A stretch of DNA of 64,000 nt from the NCBI GenBank assembly GCA_030704615.1, contig CM060731.1, positions 42,594,001 through 42,658,000 of the forward strand. The letters are read 5' to 3'. Shown here in pieces: positions 1 to 13,390 of the stretch. A program made the position numbers and the translations under genes. Under the pieces are notes generated by a model that worked only from the letters and a program-made list of their open reading frames with translations, did not search any database and had not been told where the DNA came from. This DNA is from Takakia lepidozioides. Taxonomy: Eukaryota > Plantae > Bryophyta. Each line of letters starts with the position of its first letter. Position 1 is the first letter of the stretch.

Positions 1-280
1 CTATATCAGGGCCTCGCCCCCTGTTCGGTTTTTAAATTTGTTTTTAAAAAAAAAAAAAGTTCTCAAGGGCTACCTCCCCTTTCTGTAAGAATTGATGATT
101 AGTTACATGACATGCAAAGGATGGCATACTTATGCCGCATGCAGCATGGCTGATGGGGCGGTCCGGGATAGTCGCCCGCTGAAGCGAAGGGCGAGCAGCC
201 AGGTGGCAAGCCCGGCCTGCTAAAGCGCAGTGTGGGTCGCCTAACTTTTAGTGAGAAGAGAGCGGAGGACGTGTGAGGGG

Positions 281-312
281 GGTTTGTTTGTTTGTTTGTT
301 TGTTTGTTTGTT
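281..312. repeat. (GTTT)n microsatellite
   Basis: About 8 consecutive GTTT units upstream of the first gene. Confidence 0.9.
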
Positions 313-606
313 GTCAGTTGCGTGTCGGAGCTTGTCAGCGACCTCTGGTTCCATTGATGGAAGAAGAGGTTTGGAATGTGTGGGATCCAGGCCATAATGC
401 CTAATGATTCGCAGATTCTTTGGGTAGGTGGAGTCAAGGAGTCGCGTGGAGAGGGAGGCCGAGGGGGGGCCCCACGTCCGACACTGCTCTTTAATTGGCA
501 TCACTAGAGTCTACAAAGCGTGATGCTGTAAGTTGGGAAGCGGGTTGGTTTTCCTGTGGGAGAAAGAGAGAAAGAGGGAGTTTCAAAGAGCGAGCTGGTC
601 AAGAAA

Positions 607-3600
607 ATGATCGGCACCTTCTCTAGTGTTTTTTCTTCTGCTTCAGCTGCCATTTTGTCACTCGAGTTCTCTTTTAATTCCTCTCAGCACACCAGTCTTT
701 CTCATCCCCTCTCCGCATCTTTTGAAGGCAATGTGATTCACAGTGGCCCTCTTTCGAATGGGTCCCAGATGTTTCAGCGTTTGGATGCTTCTGGGCTTCA
801 GACCTCATTATCTGCCAACGACACCAAGAGAGCTCTTTTACTTGAGCCAAAAACTGGATTGAAGAAATCATTCTTGGCCGAGTTTGCGCCTAGAAGCCTA
901 CTGCGCATTTCAACCTGTGGGGTCTCCCATTGTGGATTGGAGCAGTCTTCACGTAGCGAAACGTCTCTGGCATGGAAACAAAATGCTACACCTGTGAAAT
1001 CGAACTTCACAGATCGGGGAGCGGGAAACATTACTGTTAGGTGTAAATTAATCACCAAGTGTGCAGCTTCCCAAAGTGCGTTTGTTGCCTCGGAATCCCA
1101 CGGGGCGTTGGTGGAGCCAAAAGTGGCCATTGTGTGGTTCAAGCATGACTTGCGAATTGACGACCACCTGGGTCTGACTGCTGCATTGCAGTACGATCGA
1201 GTTCTCCCTTTCTTCATCTTCGATCCATGGTTCTACGCAGGTCAGTCTTCTAAAGGATTATGGGCCTTCTTGGATGCAGGGAAATGCAGCGAGGTGATGC
1301 TTTTAGTTTGTTGCTCTCCTGTCAACTCTCTACAGACCTGCCATTTGCTGTTTAATATTACGGGTCCGAGGGATTGGCGAATATGGTTGAGAGAGTAATA
1401 TGCAACTCCATATAAAGTATAAACTTCAATAAGATTGTTATAAATCTGTGTGTTGCAGTACATTTCCAGAAGCAGGGAGGCCTGCTGCAGATTTATCTTA
1501 AATTGTTGATATAAAGGTTCCTTCCCCTGAACACTTGCAGGATGGTCCAGTGAGCTACTGGAAAGCCTCATTGATGCAGTTGCAGATCTCAGGCGCTCTT
1601 TACAGAGACTAAACTCTGATTTGGTTGTTCGCATTGGGCGAACCAAAGATGTGCTTTTGGCGCTTGCACAGGAGGTAAGTCAAGTTTCAGCAAGCACTAC
1701 ATTAAGCTAGCAGCCTTAACCTTGCGTTGTAAGTGCCAACAGTTGCTGGCTCTCACAGTTTGGACCCAGCATTCCAATTGGAGCTACAGGTTCGTTGCAC
1801 CTGTGTCCTTTAGACTGGAGGTGTAACCAGGCGAACACAACAGTCTGCAAATACATGAGTGTCGGTCTTTGATGGATGAGATCCACTACAAACAGCTTCC
1901 ACGCGAGGGTGGAGGTGGAATTGGAGGAGTGGCACGATGGGCCAGATTGCACATGATCACTGAACGCCCAGTTCTTATCGACCTAGTACAATGAGGAAGG
2001 TTTACTTCCCATGTCAATTGTTACTTGGGGAATGAATATGTCTACTGGCTGATGACAGGTGAGTGCAACAGACATTATTTCTGAGGAGGAAGTAGAGTAC
2101 CGCTGGCACAACGTGCTTAGCTCCATAGCTGCTTCTTTGTCAGTGGAATCTCTGTCAGGCCAGAAGACTGGACTCAAGCTATGGAGGGCATCTCTCTATG
2201 ACACCAAGGTAGTTCACAACCCCCCACACTGAAGCTCACTCATCTTACAGTCAAGTTTGGAGGAAAACCACCCCAACACAGCAGTAAATTAATCAGATGT
2301 CACAGATGCATGAGGACAAGAGAGGATGATGTCGGTCACATGTATCTTCACTGGATTCAAGTAGAAGGAAAAAAGAAGGAAGAAGTGAATTGTTGCTCTG
2401 GGAATGCTCCAACCAAACCATAAACCTAACTCAAGTATCAGTACCATCCTCTCTGCTTATAGACATTACCAGCAGAGGTTAGTCAGTGATTTGGCTTGTC
2501 TCTGTCTGGTGGGGGGGAGGGGAAAAAGGGTGTGGATGAGCTGCCTGAGAACTACAAGCATTTTCAACGCCTGGGGTGTCCTATCCTTCCTCCTTTGGAC
2601 CCTCCCACCTCTCTGCCTTCCCTACCAAGGGGAGTTGACGCAGGTACAAAATACAATCTCTATGCCTGCTACCTCCTTTTGCACTTCTGTAGGTATACAG
2701 AACCATCTGCAGTGCGAGTTTTTCAAACTTATCCTCCGGAGCTCACAGACCAGATGCTTTGCTGCTGTGGATTTGAGATATACAAGGAAGTCACTGTAAA
2801 GCCTCCTTGGACACCCAACCATCTTAGTGTCGTGGTAGGGTGGGGCAACAGATTTGATCAATACCACAGCTTTCAGTTGAAAGTTGTCAACGGTCTCCTA
2901 CCTTCATATCATATCTACGCATTGGTTGTGTTTTTGCCACAGGGGTCTTACCAGCTTTAAGCAAATTCAGGAAAAGTGTTGATGCCATATCAGGAGAAAG
3001 TCTATGGTGGGAAACACTGAAGGCAGCTCAGGACAAACCAGCATGGATTGTGTTGAAGCACGAATGGCAGCAAGACAAATTCAGCAATCTTACAGATCTA
3101 AAGGGGCTCACTGCTTGGTTACAAAAGTATACTCTCCGAGATCGGTACGGATATTTGAAGAAAAGACGAAAAGTAAGAGAGAGGAAACTGGAAGAGACAT
3201 CTGGAAAGTTTGTGGTGACAGGAGGAGCCAGTGGAGCTGAAAATATTCTCAATGCATACCTGAGATTTTTGGAGCCAACTGCGAGGGATGACTGGAAAAT
3301 GTCAGTCCTCATCTGCTCCAACTTACTCCTCTCTCTCTCTCTCTTGTCTCCTTCGTCTTTTCCACTACCGCACCCTTCTTTCTCTTGCTTTTGTCAGTGT
3401 TTCCGTCAATATACGCAGAAATTCCAGACTCATAGTCCAATGAATCAGTTGTCAAGTAGGAATCGGTGATGGTTGCAGGGTACACAAACATATTGTGGAC
3501 ATGGAAAAAAGACCAGGAGCGTCCTTCATAACCATCTTTAACAGCACCTTAGCTCTGGGCACTCTCTCCCGGAGGAGAGTGCTGTATGAAGCACGCAAAT

Positions 3601-6600
3601 ATGAGAGGGAGCGACAAGAAGGAAGTGTGTTTCCCTTTGGATTCCCTTTGTTCACGACTGCGGCAGCTGTTTCAGATGCTAAGTCTATAGAGGTACCTTG
3701 GATCACCCTGAATGTTATTCCTGCAGAAGTGGTCTTGTGTCACTGTGTCTTTATTTCATGTTCTCTCTACCTAATTATTTCTTTCGTCTATGTTCTTTCC
3801 ATGCATGCTATCTTTAAAAAGTCAGGTTGTCTGTAGTGCACGCAAGTCCCATGGGTTGGATGCCACATATTTGCGTTCTGATGTTGCACACCTGTGGGTG
3901 GGGAGGCATGCCCCACAGTGGTATGAGATGCTGCAAAGAAAGAGTCGGGATCAGGGCACTGATAAGGGCTTCCAAGTTCAGGCATGGAGGTGGCGTGGCT
4001 TTCTTATACAGGTTGTACAATTGTGTGGAATATACGTTCCCTCGTAGTTCTTATTTGCTATCAGTCACTTAGTGAGGGGGATAAGAGGATGGGGCCCCTA
4101 GATGTGGCTTTAAGTGACCAGAATCAAAATCATAACTTCAGGGTTTCCGGTTGGTCATTGTGCTCCCTGACTGGCAAGAGTTGAAGCAATAGACCCCGGT
4201 AACAGCCAGATACCCAGCCAATGGATATGAATATTGGCCTTGCAACAAATTTTGATTGAGTCAAATGCGATGGAACAGCTTAGAAATATAATGAAAATCA
4301 CTCCTATTCTTGCAATTACAATCCTGCAATTCATACGTTTCCTAGACCCATAAAATACCTGTTTTTGTTATGTGTTGGTGTAGTACACAGCACTGGGAGA
4401 GGAAGGTCCTGCAGTGGTGCTTGTACATGGCTTTGGAGCTTTTTGGGAGCACTACAGGGACAACATTCGGGGCCTGGCAGAAAAGGGAAATCGTGTGTGG
4501 GCTCTCACCATGGTGGGGTTTGGGCGTTCAGAGAAGCCCAACATTGCGTACACAGAACTTCTCTGGGCAGAACTGGTTCGAGACTTCATTGTTGAAGTCG
4601 TTAGGGAGCCTGTTCTATTGGCTGGCAACTCAATCGGAGGTATCACAAATGCAGAACGCAGCTTCTTTACTGATTGTAGAGTCCCAGTTCAGGGTTTCAT
4701 GAAATACAAAACATGGCCAGGTTGGCAGGCACTTATCATTTCTTGAGCACATTAGATGTGTCCACAGTTGGACCATGAGAGTGGCCAAAGGAGAGCCGTT
4801 ATGCAGTTGAAGGTTTTCTGTAACCTGTGGCTTCAATTTGTGACCTGGATGCAGGCTACACAGCATGTATGGTGGCAGGCCTGTGGCCTTCTCTGATAAA
4901 GTCATTAGTTTTGTTGAATACAGCGGGGCGGGTGGTCCCCAATTATAAGTCTCTTGATTATAAGAAGGTATGTCTTGCCTCAAATGCTAGTTTTTCTGGG
5001 CCTTTTCAGTTCTCTTCATGATCTTGGAATGATCTGTGTAGATATACACAGCAACAAGCAAAAGGTGATGAAATAGACATGCACACGGAAAGCATTGCAG
5101 GGCCAGGGGTCTGTGAAAGATGTTGACTGAAGTTGTGCCACAAATTGTTGTTTGCAGCCAAGAGAGAGGTCCGCTATAGCAAAGGGGGCTGCACAGGTGC
5201 TGCTGGTCTATTTGCGGAACCTGAGCAATGGACTTCTAAAGAGATGCTACCCTAATGTACTCTCTCTTGACTTCCCTCCTTACCCTGCTAGCCAGGCAAA
5301 ATCAGGTGCTCATTAGTTAATAAGGTGCTATTATGAAGTTCTGAATGTTGTCATAAGAAGCATTTCAAGATTTGCTTCACTAGTATTTGGCTTGGACATT
5401 CAACATCGTCTGTTGCTACTAGTAGGATGTTGATATCAAGAAACAAGAAAATTCTGAAATCTTTCTATGTTGGAAGCAGAAAACTTCACGAGCGGATGAT
5501 TGGCTACTGTCTGAAGTGATGCGTCCCGTATCCTCTTGAAGCCCACTTGTAGTCCATCTATGTATTTAGTCGGCAGCTTTAGTTTGAGCTGTTACTGTAC
5601 TTTATGAAGTATATCATGTGATAGCTACCATTAGCCGAAGTGAAGTTCACAAGAAACAGATGTATGCAATTGGTACATCCTCGGACTTTTAGCTTCATTG
5701 TTGTGATAACTTTGTTAGGTTAAAATGAATTCTGCAATGCTTTGATATTAAGCTGCTCTTCTCATGATCCAGTGGGCCAGCCACTGCATAAGGAATGACT
5801 ACCAGTTCAGACCAATCCTGATCCAGAACAATCCAGCACAGTTGACCATTTCTCCATGCTTGGGGCAGAAGACCCAATGGGACCCTCTGGAAATTTGGAA
5901 ACATTTGAAGGTCCTTACAGTCTACCTGTTGAAATCACATCTTCAAGTTGACAGCATTGTCTTTTGGGGACCATTCAGCCAGTCTAACACCCTCTTCTGT
6001 CTTGTATGAAGGTTAATAGCTCTCTCTCTCTTGGTGCAATGCCTTGGCTTGTGTGTTTGTTGGTCACAGTGGAAATTGAGAGGAAAGATCCTTGACATGA
6101 CACAGTCATATGACCCAGGCTCGACAGCTGTGCTGGAAAGCATATTCCACATGCACCCTCCATTGCCGTTGAACTTTTATCTGGACCGTTACAATGGCAA
6201 GGTCTTAGTCATCCAGGTACTGCAGCCTTTCCTCATGTGTGGTTCATATTGACCGGCCACTTAGAGGTTGGCATCACTGTACATGTGAAGTTGTAAATTT
6301 CAGGTTTTTTATCCACTGTATGACTTGCCTCATAAGTAAGATCGTGTCTCTCTCCACACGCTCCAGTGCCAACAGAATCTGCTTAACAAGAGGTCAGTAT
6401 GGCAGTCCCTGCCCACTAATCTCACAGTTTAAACTCCCAAACTTGTGAGCTACCTTCTGAAACCTTCTTAGCTTTTGCTGTTGGTGTTGTATATGCAAAT
6501 AAAGTTTCCTGCTGGCATGGCACTCTTGAAGAATTCTTCAGCTCTTCCTGTCCCTGGGGCGGATATAAGTTGAGAAATCTGCCTTGTTTGCTTCTGGTTA

Positions 6601-7553
6601 TGTATATCCTTCAAGCAAGCCACCTTGTCTGCCACTGTGAGGTAGCATGGTGATGCTGCACTTTTGGAATCCCACAGGGCACAAGAGATCCCCTGCACAA
6701 CTCAAGAAGGAGAGCAGCCATGATGCAGACCTACTGCTCCAATGTCTCCATCCAATACGTCAATGCTGGTTAGCTTTCGGCTTTCTCTGCTGTGCCTTTG
6801 AATATCTGTGTCATGTGTTCAAAATAGACAGGGTTTTTGTGTCATGGATTGGGTGGTTATGAAGGAAAATTTATTGAAGGTTCCCTATGAAGGTTGGCAT
6901 AGTCTGTATAGGGCATTACCCTTGGTGTTGCTCATCTTTTCACCCACCAGGGTTGGAAACTGAGACCAAAATGGCACAGTGCTTGGTCCAGTTAGAGGAC
7001 AATCTGGGTGAGTGAGAACAGCAAAGGTGAAAAGCATACACATCAGACCTTGTTCTCAAGGAAAATGGGCAACACTTACAAAGGAAAATGACTCGTTGAT
7101 TGAGTGTTGTTGATAGAAAACTCCAGCACGCTCTTACTAGCCAGTATCAGCTGGAAAGAACTTATCCAAATCATTTTCTTAGTCTAAAAGCATGCTTACA
7201 AGGAGATGTAAAATGATTACAAGGAGATTTGAGACATACGTAGACCAAGAGGGAGAATACTGAGGGAGATGTAGAAACAATCAGACATACTGTTGGCATT
7301 GCCCTGAGGTGTCTAACCTGTTCAAGTGATTGCAAATGCAGGTCACTGTCCCCATGATGAGCTGCCTGATGAAGTGAATGCTTACATAGACAACTGGCTG
7401 CGGAGTTCATGCCCAGAATTAGCTACAGGCACCCACGATCCTGCGTCTACGGAAGTATTTTGGGATGGAGGGCAAGATACAGTTGCCACAGGCTTTATCA
7501 ACACAGCCATTTGTTACTCAGATTGGTCCTCCCTGTTCAACAAGAAGAGTTAA
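607..7553 (+). CDS. Photolyase/cryptochrome N-terminal domain fused to an alpha/beta-hydrolase (AT4G25290-like), 14 exons, ~875 aa
   Basis: Exons read from GT-AG sites with consistent phases: 607-1240, 1541-1674, 2059-2208, 2529-2643, 2943-3300, 3479-3692, 3919-4011, 4384-4639, 4855-4967, 5158-5256, 5480-5527, 6106-6216, 6678-6768, 7342-7553 (2628 nt). Photolyase motif AIVWFKHDLRIDDH. Hydrolase motifs LVHGFGA, GNSIGG (Ser), GTRDP (Asp), GHCPHDE (His). Ser-rich N-terminus resembles a plastid transit peptide. The start codon is uncertain. Confidence 0.88.
5528..6105 (+). other. U12-type (minor spliceosome) GT-AG intron
   Basis: Donor GTATCCTC at 5528, branch point TCCTTGAC at 6089-6096 just upstream of the AG at 6104-6105, and no pyrimidine tract. 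The flanking exons join in frame (VMRP/SYDPG). Confidence 0.85.
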
Positions 7554-8214
7554 ATTTGTTCTTATGTCAGTTTGTTCTATTTCTGGTGAAAAACTTTCTC
7601 ACTGATCCTATAAGCTAGCGGGGCTCACATCGGCTCACACCTTGCTTTCAAAGAGTCGCAAATATATGGGATGGTGGTGGATCCAAGTCACATTATTGCA
7701 GACAAGTTCTGTGTACATGAACTCATTTAAATGTGCAAGTTCCATCTTCTGTTCTATCTCTGTTTACAGAGTTTGGAAATGATGAACTTTATTACTTGGA
7801 AGCAAGACTGTCCTGTGAAACAGGTCCAGTCCCGGCAGAAAGAGGTAGAAGGCATTTTCAAGTACCAGAATATTCAGGAAACACTGACCGCATCAGTCTG
7901 AAATATGGACCCAGGTATGCGTTGGACTTTGGGACATGGGGCATGTGTATGCTTGCGCTTTATGGTTATCTGGGTGAAGAACCTTGATTTGTAATCAGCA
8001 ATGTATGACCTCCAATAACTGACAAATTGACACCTGCTGCAAATTTCGTTTTACCTCATGTGTTGAGCACTTCTAACCAGCCCCACTTTCAAATCCATCA
8101 CCTATTGATAACCTGCACTGCTTCCACAAAAGAGAACATGCTATAACCTTTACTGGAGGAGTTCACAAAACATGATGCCTGACCAACACTGGAACAGACC
8201 CTGCTAAATGAAGT

Positions 8215-8530
8215 GGAAGCATAAAGAATGTCTAAACAAAAAGAAATTAAGCATTCAACTTCCATGAGCTTGTTTCCAGTCGTGACAAGGGTGAGGACCT
8301 TAAGGATGTCTGAAGGGCCTACCTAACCTCGGTACCAGACTGAAATTTGATGAGCTCGGGGTTTGGAGTCCACCTATGAACAATAAACAGATGCAGAAAG
8401 GAAAGGGAGATGATCCCTGCCCAAGGTGCGGGCGGCCTGCAGACACTATCCATTTCTGATACAACGTCTAGGGTATTCTCATCAGAGAGTGACCCACTTC
8501 AGGACCATCAAGAACATAGTCTTTGCACTC
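8215..8530 (+). mobile_element. Degraded 3' fragment of a LINE, same family as the fragments at 34.5-37.1 kb
   Basis: Visible nucleotide similarity to the reverse complement of 35659-35940. Examples: agactgaaattt; aacaataaacagatgcagaaaggaaaggg vs aacaacaaacagaagcagagaggaaaggg; cattttctgataca. Confidence 0.65.
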
Positions 8531-9936
8531 TCAATGCTGAACCCATATTGATGCCTGTGTGAGGGGTTTTCTAGGGGAAAATCTGGAAAGCCTGAACCAA
8601 TTGTTTATACTGATGTAAGTCCCACTACAGGAGTGAGCATTTTACCCTCTTGTTCCGCCCAAACTGGGACTGTGTGCTTGATGGTATGATCATCCCACAC
8701 CACCACGGATTCCAACTCTCCAGCAGTATCCGTAGCAATCTGTGGGGCGCTTAAAGCCCTCCACTGCAAAACGCATCAGAATCATCAATCATGCCATATA
8801 AAACACCAAAAGAATCCCTCCACACCCACAATACACTCCAATGAAGTGTCTCTCAGCATTCCATCAACAACTAGTCCTGTATACACGAACTCTTGTTTGC
8901 TCACACAAAGCTCCACCAAATACGTTCTCTTCAATCCAATCCAAAATTCCCAACATACCTGCCTCATTAACTATTTCTCTAATATTTACCTTTCTCAACC
9001 AAATAATTTTCCCTCCACTCCCATATTAAATACCGTAGATAGAACCAAACAAAACTAACCATGACTCAACACTTCCCATCTGCAAAATTCTTCTATCCCA
9101 TAATTCATCAGGCCCCTACTAGTTCGACCAAACTGCAATCCCTCTCACCAGGCTTTTCTCCAACAAGCAATATCCACTCACAAAAACATGGGCTGCATCT
9201 TTGCACTCTGACATGCAAGATTCATCCAGACCAACTTTTTCCTACCCTTGGCCTAGCATATGGGAACTTTTGTGAGAGAATCTGAGATATCACTTGTAGA
9301 CAACGATTTTACACATGGAGTCATTTCAGAGGAGGCACGATAGAATATGAGCAATTTCGATCTCTGTCTCTGCCACTCTCTTATTGTTCTGGTTCTGTGT
9401 CCCTTGGGTCCCCGCAAAGGCGTCATAAATTTCTTTCTTTCTCGTCCCACAAGCTCTTTGAGCTTTCCGAGGATGTTATAAAGTACATTTCATCTAAATT
9501 CTCCCTCCTTGATGCACATGTCAGGAAGCTGGGTGAGCCAAGCAGGTGGGCCTTCACTAAATAGCTTGTCAATTCCAAATGATCACAAGTTCAGGAGCTC
9601 CAATATGCACTTTGATTTAATTGCTCTTGCAACGTTAACCAAAACGGAGGGGAAAGAAAGGATGGGTCCTTCAACAAAGATCACCCTTCAAACTTTTTCT
9701 TCGAAAATGACACCATAAAGACTGTTGTAAGCTGAGATCCAGAATCACTCACCAAACGAAGTTGATAACGGGAGGTATTAAAGTGACAATAGGTCTGCCG
9801 CCGATTGACTGGTCATGGTCATCGAGTGCCTCAACCTAGACACTCTCACAATCTTCCATACCTTGTCCCTGCGCTTCATGAATTTTGCACCCGTACTTTG
9901 GAAGAGGTATACTATCTTTCAAGCATGTTGCTTGGT

Positions 9937-12141
9937 TCACCAGTAGTCCCCACAAGAACAAACCCCAGCTTGGAAATGGTGAAAGCGGTTGGCATCCCGT
10001 ATAACAATTGCTCGCTCAACAATCTTTGAGATGAACTTGGTGACTGTGTGGCAGTCACCACACACACGAAGGTTCTTAATGACACGGAGAGGCATCCCAG
10101 GGGCCGTGCTAATCAGCCCAAATGCAATGGCCAGCTTCTCACTGTGATGGCGAAGAGAAACTTCCTTCTGCTCCTCCTCCATATCATGCAGTACAAAGCG
10201 GGTGTCAGGCAGGTACCCGGCATCCTCCATCTGCCCAGCCAATCTTTTCAGCTCAGCATGGATTTCCTCAATTTGTGGATGCAATTTGTCTTCTACAACG
10301 AATCTATGCACCCGGTTGTCCACCTCAATGCAACTATGACCTGGTTCTTTCCTGATACCTCTGTGCTGCATCATTTTTCTGACCTTGGATGTATCCTGCC
10401 ATCTGCCAGCGGCAGCATAGATGTTGGATAGCAACACATATATTGCAGCGTCCTGTGGATCCCACTTGAGAAGGTATTTCGCTGCCCGTTCTGCAACCTC
10501 TACATTGCCATGAATTCTGCAGGCACCAAGCAAGGCCCCCCACACTGCAACAACTGGTTTGTCTGGCAGTTTTGTAATGAAGGCTTCTGCCTCATCCAAC
10601 AGCCCTGCACGTCCAAGTAGGTCCACCATGCAGCCAAAATGCTGCACTGTAGGAGTGAGGCCATGATTCTGACTCATGGAATTAAAATAGTGACGGCCTT
10701 CATCCACTAGGCCTACATGGCTACATGCAGAGATCACACTTAGAAAAGTGATACCATCTGGCTTCAAGCCTTCCTGTTGCATCTGTTCAAATACTTGTAG
10801 GGCTTCCATACCCCACCCATAGTGAGCATATCCCGCAATCATTGCACTCCATGAGACAATATCTCGTTCAGCCATATTATCAAACACTTGATGTGCATCC
10901 TTCATGCTCCCACATTTAGCATACATGTCAACAAGAGTATTCTCAAGAATTATATTTGGCACAATTCCAGCTTTGATGATGTCAGCATGGATTTCAATGC
11001 CCTTTTCCAGTGCTGCCAGGCTGGCACATGCATTGAGAACGCAATTGAACAACACTTTATCCGGGGTCACCCCTTCTAATATCATTTGCTCATACATCTG
11101 CAAAGCCTCCCTACCACACCCAAGCTGAGCATATCCTGCAATCATTGTGCTCCATGAGACCACATCTCGTTTAGCCATAGTGTCGAACATTTGATGAGCA
11201 TCCTTCATGCTCCTGCATTTGGCATACATGTCAACAAGGGTATTTTCCAGAATGATATCTCGGGCAATTCCAACTTTGATAATCTTCGCGTGGACCTCCC
11301 TGCCCTTTTCCAGGGCTGCCAGGTTGGCACAAGCATTGAGAATGCAGGTGAACAAAACCTTGTCTGGTGTCACCCCTTCCCTTAACATTTGTTCATACAT
11401 CTCCAAAGCCTCCCTACCACACCCATGCTGAGCATATCCAGTGATCATCACACTCCATGAGACAACGTTTCGGTGAGTCATATTATCAAACACTTGACGT
11501 GCATCCTCTATATTCCCGCATTTGGCATACATGTTAACCAGGGCAGTCTCCAGTATTATGTCTGTCGCAGTTCCAAATTTGACGATGTCAGCATGAACCT
11601 GTTTGCCCTTTTCCAGAGCTCTTAAGCTGGCACAAGCATTGACAATGGAAAGGAATGTAATCCCGTTGGGAATCACCCTCTCCCTTATCATTTGGTCATA
11701 GATCTCAAACGCATCCCTAGAACACCCATGCTTGGCATATCCTGCCATCATTATATTCCAAGTAAACATATCTCGTTCAGGCATTTTGTCAAACACTATC
11801 CGTGCATACACCACACTTCCGCACTTGGCATACATGTTGACAAGGGTGTTGAGTATAATTATATCAGGCTTGAATCCACTCTGGATAATGTGGGCGTGCA
11901 CCTGTCTTCCATTTGCTAGGCCTTTTGTCTTTATACACTCCTGCAAGAGACAGACATATGTATTGGAGTCCACCGTAATGCCTCCTTGGTTCAAATTGTG
12001 AAGTGCCTCTTTCAACAGACCGGCCTTACACAGTGTCGCAACATCCCCACAAGATACAGATGAGTTCTTGGTGACTCCCTCTTTTGGTTCTCTTTCAAAT
12101 GCACTGGTCAGGGTGGAGGTGCCTGATTCAACACTGCCATC
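9937..12141 (-). CDS. PLS-class pentatricopeptide repeat protein with E/E+/DYW domains (organellar C-to-U RNA editing factor), main exon
   Basis: Repeated P-L-S triplets (xxSWSxMIxGYAQHG; LVDMYAKCG), PG box PGHSCIEV, deaminase motifs HSEKLA and CGDCH, and C-terminal DYW. The ORF opens at a probable acceptor (gtgcag). The true N-terminus is probably in upstream exon(s) near 12340-12870, which I could not resolve. Confidence 0.93.
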   Translation of the reverse strand, partial: DGSVESGTSTLTSAFEREPKEGVTKNSSVSCGDVATLCKAGLLKEALHNLNQGGITVDSNTYVCLLQECIKTKGLANGRQVHAHIIQSGFKPDIIILNTLVNMYAKCGSVVYARIVFDKMPERDMFTWNIMMAGYAKHGCSRDAFEIYDQMIRERVIPNGITFLSIVNACASLRALEKGKQVHADIVKFGTATDIILETALVNMYAKCGNIEDARQVFDNMTHRNVVSWSVMITGYAQHGCGREALEMYEQMLREGVTPDKVLFTCILNACANLAALEKGREVHAKIIKVGIARDIILENTLVDMYAKCRSMKDAHQMFDTMAKRDVVSWSTMIAGYAQLGCGREALQMYEQMILEGVTPDKVLFNCVLNACASLAALEKGIEIHADIIKAGIVPNIILENTLVDMYAKCGSMKDAHQVFDNMAERDIVSWSAMIAGYAHYGWGMEALQVFEQMQQEGLKPDGITFLSVISACSHVGLVDEGRHYFNSMSQNHGLTPTVQHFGCMVDLLGRAGLLDEAEAFITKLPDKPVVAVWGALLGACRIHGNVEVAERAAKYLLKWDPQDAAIYVLLSNIYAAAGRWQDTSKVRKMMQHRGIRKEPGHSCIEVDNRVHRFVVEDKLHPQIEEIHAELKRLAGQMEDAGYLPDTRFVLHDMEEEQKEVSLRHHSEKLAIAFGLISTAPGMPLRVIKNLRVCGDCHTVTKFISKIVERAIVIRDANRFHHFQAGVCSCGDYW

Positions 12142-12986
12142 CTGCACGCATCAAAACTTTCGTTACGAACCTTGGCTGAAGCTCAGAGAATAAATACATC
12201 ATAAGGACAGCCTCCTCGCTACCTACTAACAGGGTATTTATCTTGAATAGCCCAAAGGTGCCTACTTTGGAACACTAGACCAATTGTACACCGGCTGCAA
12301 GACCATTTCTCCTTTCATGCCACTTCTCTTAACTGCATTCACCTTCCCACTGCTTCACCTTTTTGCCTCGATTGCCCCACCTGTGGCTCGTTTTTGTAAC
12401 ATATTCGTTCCAAAGCTTTTCCAGGTCTGCATTTCGAGTCTTTAGATATTTGCCTGCAACCCCATAAGAATGTTGTTTCAGAGAGTGCAGTGTTCCTCGA
12501 CCATCAAAGCCGCAAATGCGCCAGATAGCACCAAAAAAAGACAAGAGCGAGAGAGGAGGAATATACTCATCACACTACTTGGAGCAGCGCCAATTTCCTT
12601 GCTCAATCTCTCCAGCTGCCCTCCTTGCTCACTCCCCTTTCCGCAAACCTCTTCCTTCCCCACCACCAGTCTCCACTGCCCCGCACTGGCCTTCAAACTA
12701 TTTGTCACAAATCTCACTGCAACTCCGTTTGGAAATTGCAGATGCCCGTGCAGAGCAGAAGACACACTCCACCACCTTCTTGAACCTTTCTGCCCACTGC
12801 CAGACTTGTAAGCGCAGCCTTCAGAGAAGCAAAACATCTCCCCCACCATGCTTGCTGTCTGCTCTGCCATCCCTGCTCCTTCTCCACAGGACCCAATTCA
12901 GATCTCTTGTGTGGGAGAAGACGACGGTCCTCTCTACTCTACTCTCTACTCTACTCTACATGGTACTTAGTACATGTACAATTGGC

Positions 12987-13204
12987 TTTTGTTTTTAATA
13001 TATACAGGGAAATACCATTTGGGAGCAACAGCTCACAAATCAGGCCCCTTAGGTATGGTGAGAGGAGAAAATAACCTCTTTCACAGTAACCGTGCAATGG
13101 AGGGAAGGGGGAGAAGAGTACACCCACACCAGTCAGGTAGCAGGATTTGACCCCAAAATCATGTGGGTGGCATTCAGTGCACTCAACCAACTGAGCTACT
13201 GACT
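12987..13204 (-). mobile_element. tRNA-derived SINE, ~218 bp
   Basis: Minus strand: Pol III A box TAGCTCAGTTGG (13198-13187), B box GGGTCAAATCC (13153-13143), and an A-rich tail (aaaaacaaaa). Flanking 6-bp direct repeat ATTGGC at 12981-12986 and 13205-13210. Confidence 0.72.
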
Positions 13205-13390
13205 ATTGGCAGAAGATGCAATGTGGGTTTTGTCTTAAATTCTTATATGCTTTGGTACTTTGGTAGCATCGCAATACTGTACTGGAAAAGGTCGGGCATT
13301 TTAGGGTTTGGGGCAGAGCGACCGGTTTTGCAGTGGGAGCATTCTGTGCTCTGCGAGGTGCTGCGGGGCTGGGGTTTGAGAGGGAGGGCG

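Noticed and set aside
556-606. ORF-track start of the photolyase-hydrolase gene
   Set aside because: GTG start; the first in-frame ATG is at 607.
7600-9900. Additional gene between the hydrolase and PPR genes
   Set aside because: A few splice-like sites and short ORFs, but no coherent frame or recognisable protein. Part of it is a LINE remnant.
10048-12001. Plus-strand ORFs with repeated sequence overlapping the PPR gene
   Set aside because: Antisense shadows of the PPR repeats.
13130-13204. Functional tRNA gene
   Set aside because: A and B boxes are present, but there is no convincing acceptor or anticodon stem. The tail and TSD indicate a SINE.
13163-13390. N-terminal extension of MPP-beta given by the ORF track
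   Set aside because: It starts at a non-ATG codon inside the SINE. The ATG at 13391 begins a typical mitochondrial presequence.
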